Positions 41,454-51,440 of a stretch of DNA of 64,000 nucleotides are shown one piece after another. The stretch is from Streptococcaceae bacterium (GTDB lineage: Bacteria > Bacillota > Bacilli > Lactobacillales > Streptococcaceae): contig JAIRWF010000027.1 of assembly GCA_031253335.1 (NCBI GenBank), positions 97,077 through 161,076 of the forward strand. The letters run 5' to 3'. A program made the position numbers and the translations under genes. The stretch's first letter is position 1; each line of letters begins with the position of its first letter. Below the pieces are notes generated by a model. That model was given only the letters and a program-made list of their open reading frames with translations. It made no database searches and was not told where the DNA came from.

Positions 41454-41466
41454 GGGGGTCTAAAAT

Positions 41467-42339
41467 ATGGCCTCACTGAAAGAAATTAAAACCAAGATTG
41501 CGTCAACCGCAAAAACTTCACAAATCACAGGTGCCATGCAAATGGTCTCTGCAGCGAAGTTGCAAAAGTCTGAAAATCTCGCAAAGAGCTACCAAGTCTA
41601 TGCCGACAAAGTCCGCCAAATCACGATTGACCTCGTCTCCCATGACCATGGTCCTGCAAAAAATCCGATGATGGTCTCGCGTGACGTCAAGAAAATTGGC
41701 TACCTCGTGATTACCTCGGATCGCGGCCTCGTTGGTGGCTACAATAGTAATATCTTGAAAGCCGTCATGGCAGAGCTTCGAGGCAAACAGCCTTCTGAAT
41801 ACGCCGTGATTGCCTTGGGTGGCATGGGGGCTGATTTCTTCAAAGCCCGTGGGATTGATGTGATTTATGAGCAACGTGGTCTTGCGGACCAGCCGACTTT
41901 TGAAGAAGTACGCGACATCGTAAGCCACGCCGTGGAGCTCTATCAACAAGAAGCCTTTGATGAGCTCTATGTCTGCTACAATCACCATGTCAACTCGCTC
42001 GTTGCCCAGCAACGTTTGGAAAAGATGTTGCCTATCTCGTTTGACGAGAAGCAGACTTCGGAAAATAGCAGCGCAGACTTGACAAGCTTCGAGTTGGAAC
42101 CAGATCGTGATACGATACTTGACCAACTCCTCCCGCAATATGCGCAATCAACGATCTTCGGATCAATCATTGATGCGAAAACCGCTGAACACGCTGCCGG
42201 AATGACTGCGATGCGTACCGCAACGGATAATGCCAAGGACGTCATTGACACCTTGACCATCCAGTATAACCGCGCACGCCAAGCGGCCATCACGCAAGAG
42301 ATAACCGAAATCGTTGCGGGTGCCGCGGCCCTTGACTAA
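41467..42339 (+). CDS. atpG: ATP synthase F1 subunit gamma
   Basis: [39 protein letters not shown]. Confidence 0.98.
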   Translation: MASLKEIKTKIASTAKTSQITGAMQMVSAAKLQKSENLAKSYQVYADKVRQITIDLVSHDHGPAKNPMMVSRDVKKIGYLVITSDRGLVGGYNSNILKAVMAELRGKQPSEYAVIALGGMGADFFKARGIDVIYEQRGLADQPTFEEVRDIVSHAVELYQQEAFDELYVCYNHHVNSLVAQQRLEKMLPISFDEKQTSENSSADLTSFELEPDRDTILDQLLPQYAQSTIFGSIIDAKTAEHAAGMTAMRTATDNAKDVIDTLTIQYNRARQAAITQEITEIVAGAAALD

Positions 42340-43895
<1,556 letters not shown>

Positions 43896-43909
43896 GGAGG
43901 AAATGGCCT

Positions 43910-44350
43910 ATGGCAGATGAAAAATTAATGCAGGTGCAAGTCATCACGCCAAATGGCGTTGTCTATGACCACCATGCGACCTTTATTTTGGCGCACACGA
44001 CGGCAGGCGATATGGGAATCTTGCCCGAGATGATTTCGACCATTGCAGGGCTCAAAATTGACGAGCTCAAAGTCCGTCGCCCTGAAGACCGTGCGATTCT
44101 CAACAAAGACGTCGATTATGTCGCTGTCAATGGCGGCGTCATTGAAGTCAAAGATTCCGTGATTACTATCGTCGCAGACTCCGCCGAACGCGACCGTGAC
44201 ATCGACTTGCCACGTGCCGAACGTGCTAAAGCACGCGCTGAAAAAGCTGTGCAAGAAGCAGAGTCCGAACACAATGCGGATGAAGTCAAACGCGCCGAAG
44301 TCGCTCTGCAACGTGCGATAAACCGTATTGGTGTAGTGAGTCATCAATAA
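43910..44350 (+). CDS. atpC: ATP synthase F1 subunit epsilon
   Basis: VITPNG, GDMGILP, ADSAER..DID..RAERAK..RAINRI. Confidence 0.96.
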   Translation: MADEKLMQVQVITPNGVVYDHHATFILAHTTAGDMGILPEMISTIAGLKIDELKVRRPEDRAILNKDVDYVAVNGGVIEVKDSVITIVADSAERDRDIDLPRAERAKARAEKAVQEAESEHNADEVKRAEVALQRAINRIGVVSHQ

Positions 44351-44395
44351 AGCAAAGCAGCTTTTGAGAAGCTGCTTTTGTGTTATAATCAACTC

Positions 44396-45169
44396 ATGCC
44401 ACGTTACAAAGCAACGATTGCCTATGATGGTACGGATTTTGCGGGATTTCAGCGACAGGAAAATGCGCCACGTACGGTGCAAGGGGTGCTGGAAGATGTT
44501 TTGTATCGCCTGAATTCAAACATGCCTGTTTCTGTGCAGGGCGCAGGGCGGACAGATGCTGGGGTGCATGCACTGGAGCAGGTCGTCCATTTTGATATGC
44601 TAGAAGCGCGTGAGCCCGAGAAACTGCGCTTTGCGCTTGATACCCAGTCGCCTGATGATTTGGCAATTCTTGCGGTTGAGCCTGTCACAGACGATTGGCA
44701 TGCCCGCTATAACAAGCATACCAAGACCTACGAATACCGACTCAATAACAGCCCGATTCGTAGCCCCTTTACCGTTCACACAGAGGCGTGGTTTCGCTAT
44801 CCATTGGACTTGCAACTCCTCACAAGCGCATGTGAGCTTTTAGTCGGCAAGCACGACTTTGCAGGCTTCATGGCAAGTGGTTCGCAAGTCGAAAATACGA
44901 TTCGGACACTTAGCGAGGCCCGTGTCCACACCGAAAACGAGACCTTTATCTTTACCTTCACGGGCAATGGCTTTCTCTATAAGCAAGTACGCAATATGGT
45001 AGGGACGCTGATTAAGATTGGTAATGGCAAGTGGCCCGTGACGCGCATCTCAGAGATTTTGGAGACAAAAAATCGCACGCTTGCAGGGCCAACTGCAGCT
45101 CCTGAGGGACTCTATCTCAAAGCCATTCACTACGAAGAAGGGAAATTTACACCAGATGACTACGCCTAA
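44396..45169 (+). CDS. truA: tRNA pseudouridine(38-40) synthase
   Basis: YDGTDFAGFQRQ, GRTDAGVHA, GFLYKQVRNMVG. Confidence 0.97.
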   Translation: MPRYKATIAYDGTDFAGFQRQENAPRTVQGVLEDVLYRLNSNMPVSVQGAGRTDAGVHALEQVVHFDMLEAREPEKLRFALDTQSPDDLAILAVEPVTDDWHARYNKHTKTYEYRLNNSPIRSPFTVHTEAWFRYPLDLQLLTSACELLVGKHDFAGFMASGSQVENTIRTLSEARVHTENETFIFTFTGNGFLYKQVRNMVGTLIKIGNGKWPVTRISEILETKNRTLAGPTAAPEGLYLKAIHYEEGKFTPDDYA

Positions 45170-45947
45170 TGTACTCGCCATTCACGACATCTCCTGCGTC
45201 GGGAAATGCTCGTTGACGGTCGCCCTCCCGATTCTCTCGGCAAAGGGTGTCGAGTGCCGTCTGCTGCCCACGGGCCTTTTATCTACGCATACGGGAGGCT
45301 TTGCGGGTTATACTTTTTTGGACTTGACTGACGAGATGCGCAAAATCTTGCGGGCATGGGAGCCGTTAAATCTGCACTTTGATGGGATTTATTCAGGCTA
45401 CTTAGGCTCACCAGAACAGATTGACCTCGTCAAGGAGGTCATCGCAAGCCATCCAGAAGCCAAGGTCTATGTGGACCCTGTGATGGCGGACGGGGGGAAG
45501 CTCTACCCTGGCTTTGATGAGGCCTTCGTCGAAAAAATGCGAGAACTCCTGCCTTTTGCAGATGTCCTCATGCCAAATATTACCGAGGCCTGCTTCTTGA
45601 CCAACACCCCCTACTCGGAAAATAGTGAGCCACAAGCGCTTGTAAAAAAACTGCAAGCACTTGGCGCAAAGCATATTGTTCTCACAGGCTTTTCAACATC
45701 GGATAACACGATTGGCGCAATGACAAGCGATGGTAGCAGCTATGAGACAGAACGCATCGGTGGCAGCTACCACGGGACGGGCGATATTTTTGGAAGTGTC
45801 CTGGTATCACACTTAGCAAAAGGCGCAACACTTCAAAAAGCGACGCATGCAGCATGTGACTTTGTCGTCTCTGCTATCAAAGCGACTCCGAAAGAAGCGG
45901 ATAAGCGATACGGCGTAAATTTTGAAGCAATACTGGCGGAGAAATAG
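45156..45947 (+). CDS. pdxK: Pyridoxal/pyridoxamine kinase
   Basis: DISCVGKCSL, LSTHTGG, SGYLGS, VDPVMAD, YHGTGD. Confidence 0.88.
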   Translation: MTTPNVLAIHDISCVGKCSLTVALPILSAKGVECRLLPTGLLSTHTGGFAGYTFLDLTDEMRKILRAWEPLNLHFDGIYSGYLGSPEQIDLVKEVIASHPEAKVYVDPVMADGGKLYPGFDEAFVEKMRELLPFADVLMPNITEACFLTNTPYSENSEPQALVKKLQALGAKHIVLTGFSTSDNTIGAMTSDGSSYETERIGGSYHGTGDIFGSVLVSHLAKGATLQKATHAACDFVVSAIKATPKEADKRYGVNFEAILAEK

Positions 45948-45984
45948 GAAGCTATTTCTTTTTAATTTGTGCTATACTTATCCC

Positions 45985-46458
45985 ATGTCCACCCGTCGTT
46001 TGACATTTTTGGCACTTCTTGCTGCGGCGACGTTCGTCCTCGGGCGTTTTGTGCAAATCCCGATTCCTGCGGTCAATGGTTATGTGACCTTGCTTGATGC
46101 GGGAATTTTCGCGGTGGCGTTGAGCTTTGGAAAGCGTGAAGGAGCAGTCGTGGGCGGGGTGTCGGCGTTTTTAAGTGACCTCACGAGTGGTTTTCCTCAG
46201 TGGATGTTTTTTAGTCTCGTGATTCACGGGGCACAAGGCTATTTTGGGGCATTTTTCAAAAGTCGGCTTATAAATTGGCTCGTTTCGGGCGTCATTATGG
46301 TCGTGGGTTATTTTCTAGCCACCTGGCTTCTTTATGGCTTCGTTGCTGCGGTCAATCCGTTGACCAATATTCCTAATATTCTTCAAACAAGCCTTGGTTA
46401 CCTCATAGGCAGCCTTGTTGCACCACTCATACAGAAAGCAGGACAATCATGGATTTAA
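45985..46458 (+). CDS. ECF transporter S component (HmpT/PdxU2-like)
   Basis: GYVTLLDAGIF, GAVVGG, WMFFSLVIHGAQG; next to pdxK. Confidence 0.88.
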   Translation: MSTRRLTFLALLAAATFVLGRFVQIPIPAVNGYVTLLDAGIFAVALSFGKREGAVVGGVSAFLSDLTSGFPQWMFFSLVIHGAQGYFGAFFKSRLINWLVSGVIMVVGYFLATWLLYGFVAAVNPLTNIPNILQTSLGYLIGSLVAPLIQKAGQSWI

Positions 46459-46991
46459 CAGAACTTGCAAAAGTGACCCAGTCGCTTATTCACGACGTGC
46501 TGGATAAAACGGGGATAGGGAAGGGACAGCTTTTTATCTTGGGCTTGTCCAGCTCAGAGGTGAATGGCGGCGTCATCGGGCATGCTTCGTCGGCTGAGAT
46601 TGGTGAAGTCATCGTGGGGACCATTTATGACGTTTTGAAGAAAAAGGGGATCGCGCTGAGTGTCCAGGGCTGTGAACACATCAATCGGGCGGTGTTGCTT
46701 GAGGCGAAGACAGCTGAAAAGTTGGGGCTTGAACCCGTCAATGTCGTCCCTCAGCTTCATGCAGGAGGCTCTGGGCAAGTCGCGGCCTACAAGCTTTTCA
46801 AACATCCTGTCGAAGTGGAGTCCGTACAGGCTTTTGCGGGCCTTGATATTGGGGATACGGCAATTAGCCATTATGTGAAGGCTGTTCAGATTCCTGTGCG
46901 TCCCGAGATTCGTGAGCTAGGTGGCGCCCATGTCACGGCTCTCACCAGTCGTCCGAAGAAAATCGGTGGGGAACGGGCGAAGCATTTTTGA
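46449..46991 (+). CDS. TIGR01440/UPF0340 family protein
   Basis: GLSSSEV.GG.IG, VQGCEHINRA, GLDIGDT.I, RPKKIGGERA. Confidence 0.9.
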   Translation: MDLTELAKVTQSLIHDVLDKTGIGKGQLFILGLSSSEVNGGVIGHASSAEIGEVIVGTIYDVLKKKGIALSVQGCEHINRAVLLEAKTAEKLGLEPVNVVPQLHAGGSGQVAAYKLFKHPVEVESVQAFAGLDIGDTAISHYVKAVQIPVRPEIRELGGAHVTALTSRPKKIGGERAKHF

Positions 46992-46995
46992 TAGG

Positions 46996-47052
46996 TTGCA
47001 AAAAGCATTAAAAAGTATTAAAATTATTTCAAACCATTAAAAAGTATTAAAA
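46996..47052 (+). promoter_or_regulatory. Promoter overlapped by two 18-bp direct repeats
   Basis: TTGCAA(46996)-17-TAAAAT(47019); CATTAAAAAGTATTAAAA at 47006-47023 and 47035-47052. Confidence 0.7.
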
Positions 47053-47071
47053 GAAATGAGAAGCTTTAAAA

Positions 47072-48148
47072 ATGGAGAAAAATCCTTTTAATTTACAGTT
47101 TGGTAAAAGACCTAAACAATTTTTGGCACGACAAGACGTCCTAGATACTTTTCTTAATTCACTTGATGATATGGACTCCGCTGAAAAGGAGAGTTTGCTT
47201 GTCGGAATTCGCGGGATTGGGAAAACAACTTTGCTTTCAGATATAGCTGAAAGTATGAAGGTAAATAAACAGTGGGTCGTAATCAATACTTTCGCGAGTG
47301 ATCACATTACAAAAGATATATCTGATACATTGGTTTATGAATACCAAAAAAGGTTTCCTAAACAGAAGATTTCAGGCATTAATATCGGTGCTGCCGGGAT
47401 AAGTGTCGGTTTAAATTTTAATAATCCATCTCAGAAATACGGATTTGCGACACAATTTCGGATTCTTATTGATGCTTTTACGAAAGAAGATATAGGTATT
47501 CTTTTTTTGGTGGATGAGTTAGTCAATGTGCCTGAAGTGAGAGATTTTCTCAGTAATTATCAAATCCTTTTGCGGGAAAATAAAAAAATGGCACTTCTTT
47601 TGGCAGGCTTACCCAACAATGTTTCATCTGTGCTGAATGATAAAGTCTTAACGTTTTTATGGCGTATTAACCGACTTGAATTGGGGGCAATAAATACTCA
47701 GATTATTTTATTTTCCTATGAGGATATTTTTGAAAACTTTGAAGTGAGCGCAGGCGTGCTTGAAAAGGCTGCTAAATTAACTCAAGGATACCCTTATTTA
47801 TACCAACTCATCGGATATTATTTGTTTCAATTTGCGTCTGATGCAAAGAGGATTGGTGAGAAGGAACTGGATAGAGCTATTGAAGTCGCAAAAAATCAGC
47901 TATTTGATAAGGTTTTGAAATTGATGTATCTGGAAATGTCTCCAAAAGATCAAGAAATTTTTCTTGCACTTGGAAAGCTAGAGAGTCCTATTCATTTTTC
48001 TGATGTTGCTTCGCAAGTAGGGGAGACAAAGAATTATACTGCTCAATATCGCCTGCGCCTGATAGAGCTAGGAGTTATCAGAGAAGCGGGATATGGTTTA
48101 GTGGAATTTGTTGTTCCATTCACAAAAGATTTTCTAAAGACCTTGTAA
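47072..48148 (+). CDS. P-loop ATPase (AAA_16/archaeal-ATPase-like) with C-terminal winged helix
   Basis: NPF..FG..P start, GIRGIGKTT, FLVDE, TQGYPYLYQLIG, C-terminal HTH-like YRLRLIELGVI; AT-rich. Confidence 0.85.
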   Translation: MEKNPFNLQFGKRPKQFLARQDVLDTFLNSLDDMDSAEKESLLVGIRGIGKTTLLSDIAESMKVNKQWVVINTFASDHITKDISDTLVYEYQKRFPKQKISGINIGAAGISVGLNFNNPSQKYGFATQFRILIDAFTKEDIGILFLVDELVNVPEVRDFLSNYQILLRENKKMALLLAGLPNNVSSVLNDKVLTFLWRINRLELGAINTQIILFSYEDIFENFEVSAGVLEKAAKLTQGYPYLYQLIGYYLFQFASDAKRIGEKELDRAIEVAKNQLFDKVLKLMYLEMSPKDQEIFLALGKLESPIHFSDVASQVGETKNYTAQYRLRLIELGVIREAGYGLVEFVVPFTKDFLKTL

Positions 48149-48381
48149 AAGTTATCTCTAAAACCCCCTTTTTCGTACAACCACGCCACAGCGAATGGCG
48201 TAATGCCGAGTAAATGAACGCGTGGCTGAGTTAGCCTTCAAAAGTAACACGGTTTTTAGATATGCCTTAAAAGAAGAGAAAGCGAGATTGTCGCTTTTTT
48301 ATTTGGAAATCGCTTTATCCTAGGATAACACAAATTGGTTTGTATTGACATACAAACCAATACTAAATTGGAGAAGATAAA

Positions 48382-48741
48382 TTGTCTTACTTTGTAGATA
48401 AGGAATCCTGGCATCTTGGTTGGGATTTGAAAGAAGATACTTCAGGATACCAGAGAGCTATCAAAGCTTTTGATCAGATTCAAATTGGAGATATAGTCGT
48501 TGCGAAGCAAACAGGGGTATATGAACAAGAAACAAAAATCTTAGCTGTTGGCTTTGTGAAAAAGATTATTCAAAATGGTCATGATTTAAATGGCAATTGG
48601 GTAAAAAATTTTTACAGTCATCCAAAAGTATATAGTGGACAAGCGCAGTTATCTACAGTCGTTAAATTAAATCCAGAAACGGCTAGCTCGCTTGAATTGA
48701 TTGAATTTGCACAAGATTTGTTAGTGGGGAAAGAAAAATGA
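48382..48741 (+). CDS. Hypothetical protein, possible stand-alone EVE/PUA-like domain
   Basis: W.LGW...F..IQIGDIVV.K...ILAVGFV...W pattern like domains N-terminal to McrB/Mrr nucleases; TTG start after GGAG. Confidence 0.55.
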   Translation: MSYFVDKESWHLGWDLKEDTSGYQRAIKAFDQIQIGDIVVAKQTGVYEQETKILAVGFVKKIIQNGHDLNGNWVKNFYSHPKVYSGQAQLSTVVKLNPETASSLELIEFAQDLLVGKEK

Positions 48742-49331
48742 GTTATGAAACAAATGCACCTCTTAACAATTCTAGGTATGGACTTTCAATATTTCTTGGA
48801 TTGGTTTTGTCTTTGGCTATATTAACTGTGTTAGAGGTACTAAGCGCCCAATTCCTTAGACCATTTATAGAACGAAGTGATTCTTATAGTTATGGAAGCT
48901 GGAATTTTTTTGCCTCTCCTGATACTGATATGAAGTATATAGGCATTTTTGTCGTTATTATTTCATTTTGGATTGGCTTTTCTATTCTTATTCGTAGAGC
49001 AAATCGTAGGCATCGAATTTATAAGGTTAAGAAAGCGTTATACTCATGGATGGGGAAGAATTCTGATAATTTACTTCTTTCTTGGGGGAATCCAACCCGT
49101 GTGACTCATTTTAAAAATGATCAGACGAAAGAGATGTGGGAGTATCGAAATTCTGTAACAAATACATATACCTCCGGAAATGTGAGCGGGAATGCTAATC
49201 AATTTAGCCGCTCTGGAATGTATAGTTATGGGTCGATAAATACAACTAGTCGAACGATTACAACTGTTTACCGTAAAGAGTTTATTATTCAGGCTGGGAA
49301 AGTAATTGGTTACCGATACGAGATTGATTAA
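48738..49331 (+). CDS. Hypothetical 2-TM membrane protein with C-terminal soluble domain
   Basis: Two hydrophobic segments; SWMGK...LLLSWGNP...WEY...GKVIGYRY; ATGA overlap with upstream ORF. Confidence 0.75.
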   Translation: MSYETNAPLNNSRYGLSIFLGLVLSLAILTVLEVLSAQFLRPFIERSDSYSYGSWNFFASPDTDMKYIGIFVVIISFWIGFSILIRRANRRHRIYKVKKALYSWMGKNSDNLLLSWGNPTRVTHFKNDQTKEMWEYRNSVTNTYTSGNVSGNANQFSRSGMYSYGSINTTSRTITTVYRKEFIIQAGKVIGYRYEID

Positions 49332-49358
49332 TTTTTCCTTGCGCCTAGATGAAAAATT

Positions 49359-49428
49359 TGTTATACTTATTTCGGGCTCCCTGAAAGGGGAAGACGATTG
49401 GCTCCCTGTGGGAGTCGTTTTTATTTTT
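49359..49428 (+). promoter_or_regulatory. pyrG promoter and CTP-sensing reiterative-transcription attenuator
   Basis: TGtTATACT, initial transcribed GGGCTCCC (49374), second GCTCCC in terminator AAGACGATTGGCTCCC-TGT-GGGAGTCGTTTTT. Confidence 0.88.
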
Positions 49429-49461
49429 GAGAGACAGGTTCAGCTATAGAAAGAGGATACA

Positions 49462-51063
49462 ATGGCGACGAAGTATATTTTTGTCACGGGTGGTGGCACG
49501 AGTTCGATGGGAAAAGGGATTGTGGCAGCTTCTTTGGGGCGTTTGCTCAAAAACCGCGGGCTGAAAATCAGTGTGCAGAAGTTTGATCCTTACTTGAATA
49601 TTGACCCAGGGACGATGTCGCCCTATCAGCACGGCGAGGTCTTTGTGACGGACGATGGTGCGGAGACGGACCTTGATTTGGGGCACTACGAGCGTTTCAT
49701 TGACATTAACCTCAACCAATACTCGAATGTGACGTCGGGGAAGATTTACGATGAAATCCTACGCAAGGAGCGCAAGGGGGAGTATCTTGGCGCGACCGTG
49801 CAGATGGTGCCACATGTGACGAATATGCTGAAAGAAAAAATTATGCTGGCTGCAACAACGACGGATGCGGATATTATCATCACCGAAGTCGGTGGAACGG
49901 TCGGGGATATGGAGTCGTTGCCCTTTATCGAGGCACTGCGCCAGATGAAAACGCAAGTTGGGGCGGATAACGTCATGTATATTCATACGGTGCCGATTTT
50001 GTACTTGAAGGCAGCGGGTGAGCTGAAGACGAAGATTGCGCAGAATGCGACGGCTCGTTTGCGGGAGCTCGGGATTCAAGCGAATATGCTGGTTTTGCGG
50101 ACGGAGCAGTCGATTACGCAAGAAATTCGGGATAAGGTCGCGATGTTTTGTGATGTGACGCCTGAAAATGTCATTGAAAGTCTCGATGTGGAGCACATTT
50201 ATCAGGTGCCACTCAATCTCAAAGCCCAGCACATGGATGATTTGGTCTTGGAACATTTGAAACTCGAGGCGCCAGAAGCGGATATGACTGAGTGGGAGGC
50301 GATGGTTGAGAAGGTCACGCATTTGTCGAAAAAAGTCAAAATTGCACTGGTCGGGAAATATGTGGAATTGCCAGACGCTTATATGTCGGTCGTTGAGGCC
50401 TTGAAACATGCAGGCTATGAATCGGATGCGGAGCTGGACTTGACCTGGGTGAATGCTAATGATGTCAATGATGCGAATATTGCGGAAAAAGTTGTGGGTG
50501 TTGATGGGATTATCGTGCCTGGGGGCTTTGGCCAACGCGGGACCGAAGGGAAAATCTCGGCGATTAAATATGCGCGAGAAAACGATGTGCCGCTTTTAGG
50601 GATTTGCCTCGGGATGCAGATGGCTTGTGTGGAATTTGCGCGGAATGTCCTTGGCATGAAAGGCGCCAACTCGAAGGAGTTGGATCCTGAGACGAAGTAT
50701 CCGATTATTGACTTGATGCGCGATCAAGTGGATGTGGAAGATATGGGCGGGACTTTGCGCTTGGGGCTTTATCCTGCAAAGTTGAAAGCGGGCTCGAAAA
50801 CGGCTGCGGCTTATGACAATGCGGAGGTCATCCAACGTAGGCATCGCCATCGTTATGAATTTAATAATGATTTCCGCGAGCAGTTTGAAGCGGCAGGCTT
50901 TGTCTTTAGCGGGGTGTCGCCCGATAATCGTTTGGTCGAGATTGTCGAGTTGCCCGAGAAGAAGTTCTTTGTGGCTTGTCAATATCACCCAGAGCTACAA
51001 AGCCGGCCAAATCATGCGGAAGAGTTGTATGCGGCGTTTATCAAGGCTGCAGTTGAGAAGTGA
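49462..51063 (+). CDS. pyrG: CTP synthase
   Basis: [42 protein letters not shown]. Confidence 0.98.
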   Translation: MATKYIFVTGGGTSSMGKGIVAASLGRLLKNRGLKISVQKFDPYLNIDPGTMSPYQHGEVFVTDDGAETDLDLGHYERFIDINLNQYSNVTSGKIYDEILRKERKGEYLGATVQMVPHVTNMLKEKIMLAATTTDADIIITEVGGTVGDMESLPFIEALRQMKTQVGADNVMYIHTVPILYLKAAGELKTKIAQNATARLRELGIQANMLVLRTEQSITQEIRDKVAMFCDVTPENVIESLDVEHIYQVPLNLKAQHMDDLVLEHLKLEAPEADMTEWEAMVEKVTHLSKKVKIALVGKYVELPDAYMSVVEALKHAGYESDAELDLTWVNANDVNDANIAEKVVGVDGIIVPGGFGQRGTEGKISAIKYARENDVPLLGICLGMQMACVEFARNVLGMKGANSKELDPETKYPIIDLMRDQVDVEDMGGTLRLGLYPAKLKAGSKTAAAYDNAEVIQRRHRHRYEFNNDFREQFEAAGFVFSGVSPDNRLVEIVELPEKKFFVACQYHPELQSRPNHAEELYAAFIKAAVEK

Positions 51064-51210
51064 GCATGTACGCAAAAGTGTCGCGGTTGAGAAATAAAAA
51101 ATCCGCGCATTGGCGGTGTAAAATTCTGGCTTTAGGCCGCAGTAGATGCGGTGGGGTAGGATATGAAGGAAGAATCAAGATGAAAGTCGCTTTGCTGCGC
51201 AAAGCGTTTG

Positions 51211-51238
51211 AAAAAAGAAGCCTTAGGCTTCTTTTTTT
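51211..51238. terminator. Bidirectional terminator between pyrG and the DUF2929 gene
   Basis: AAAAAAGAAGCC-TTA-GGCTTCTTTTTT. Confidence 0.8.
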
Positions 51239-51405
51239 GGCTTGTCAATCGCAATCGCACCAATAATCCAGATGAAGACACCGAAGACAAGGGAGATGCC
51301 TGTGGTCCAGAGGTCAGGATCGGGGACGCCTGCGAGGGCGGTCATGATGTAGCCTACGACTTGGCCGACGAGGAGCGACCAAAATAAAATCACGATAAGT
51401 TTCAT
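51223..51405 (-). CDS. DUF2929/YjzD family small membrane protein
   Basis: MKLIVILFWSLLVGQVVGYI; divergent from dnaE as in related genomes. Confidence 0.82.
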   Translation of the reverse strand: MKLIVILFWSLLVGQVVGYIMTALAGVPDPDLWTTGISLVFGVFIWIIGAIAIDKPKKEA

Positions 51406-51440
51406 GGGTATAGTATAATACTTGTAAGGAAAATTTGCAA

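Noticed and set aside
48151-48300. Possible Com-box (TTTTCGTACA) and structured RNA after the ATPase
   Set aside because: Poor match to the upstream element and wrong spacing; no recognisable RNA family
49759-50535. 258-aa antisense ORF in pyrG and similar shadows in atpG, atpC, dexB and the helicase
   Set aside because: Antisense to well-conserved genes; typical codon-bias shadows
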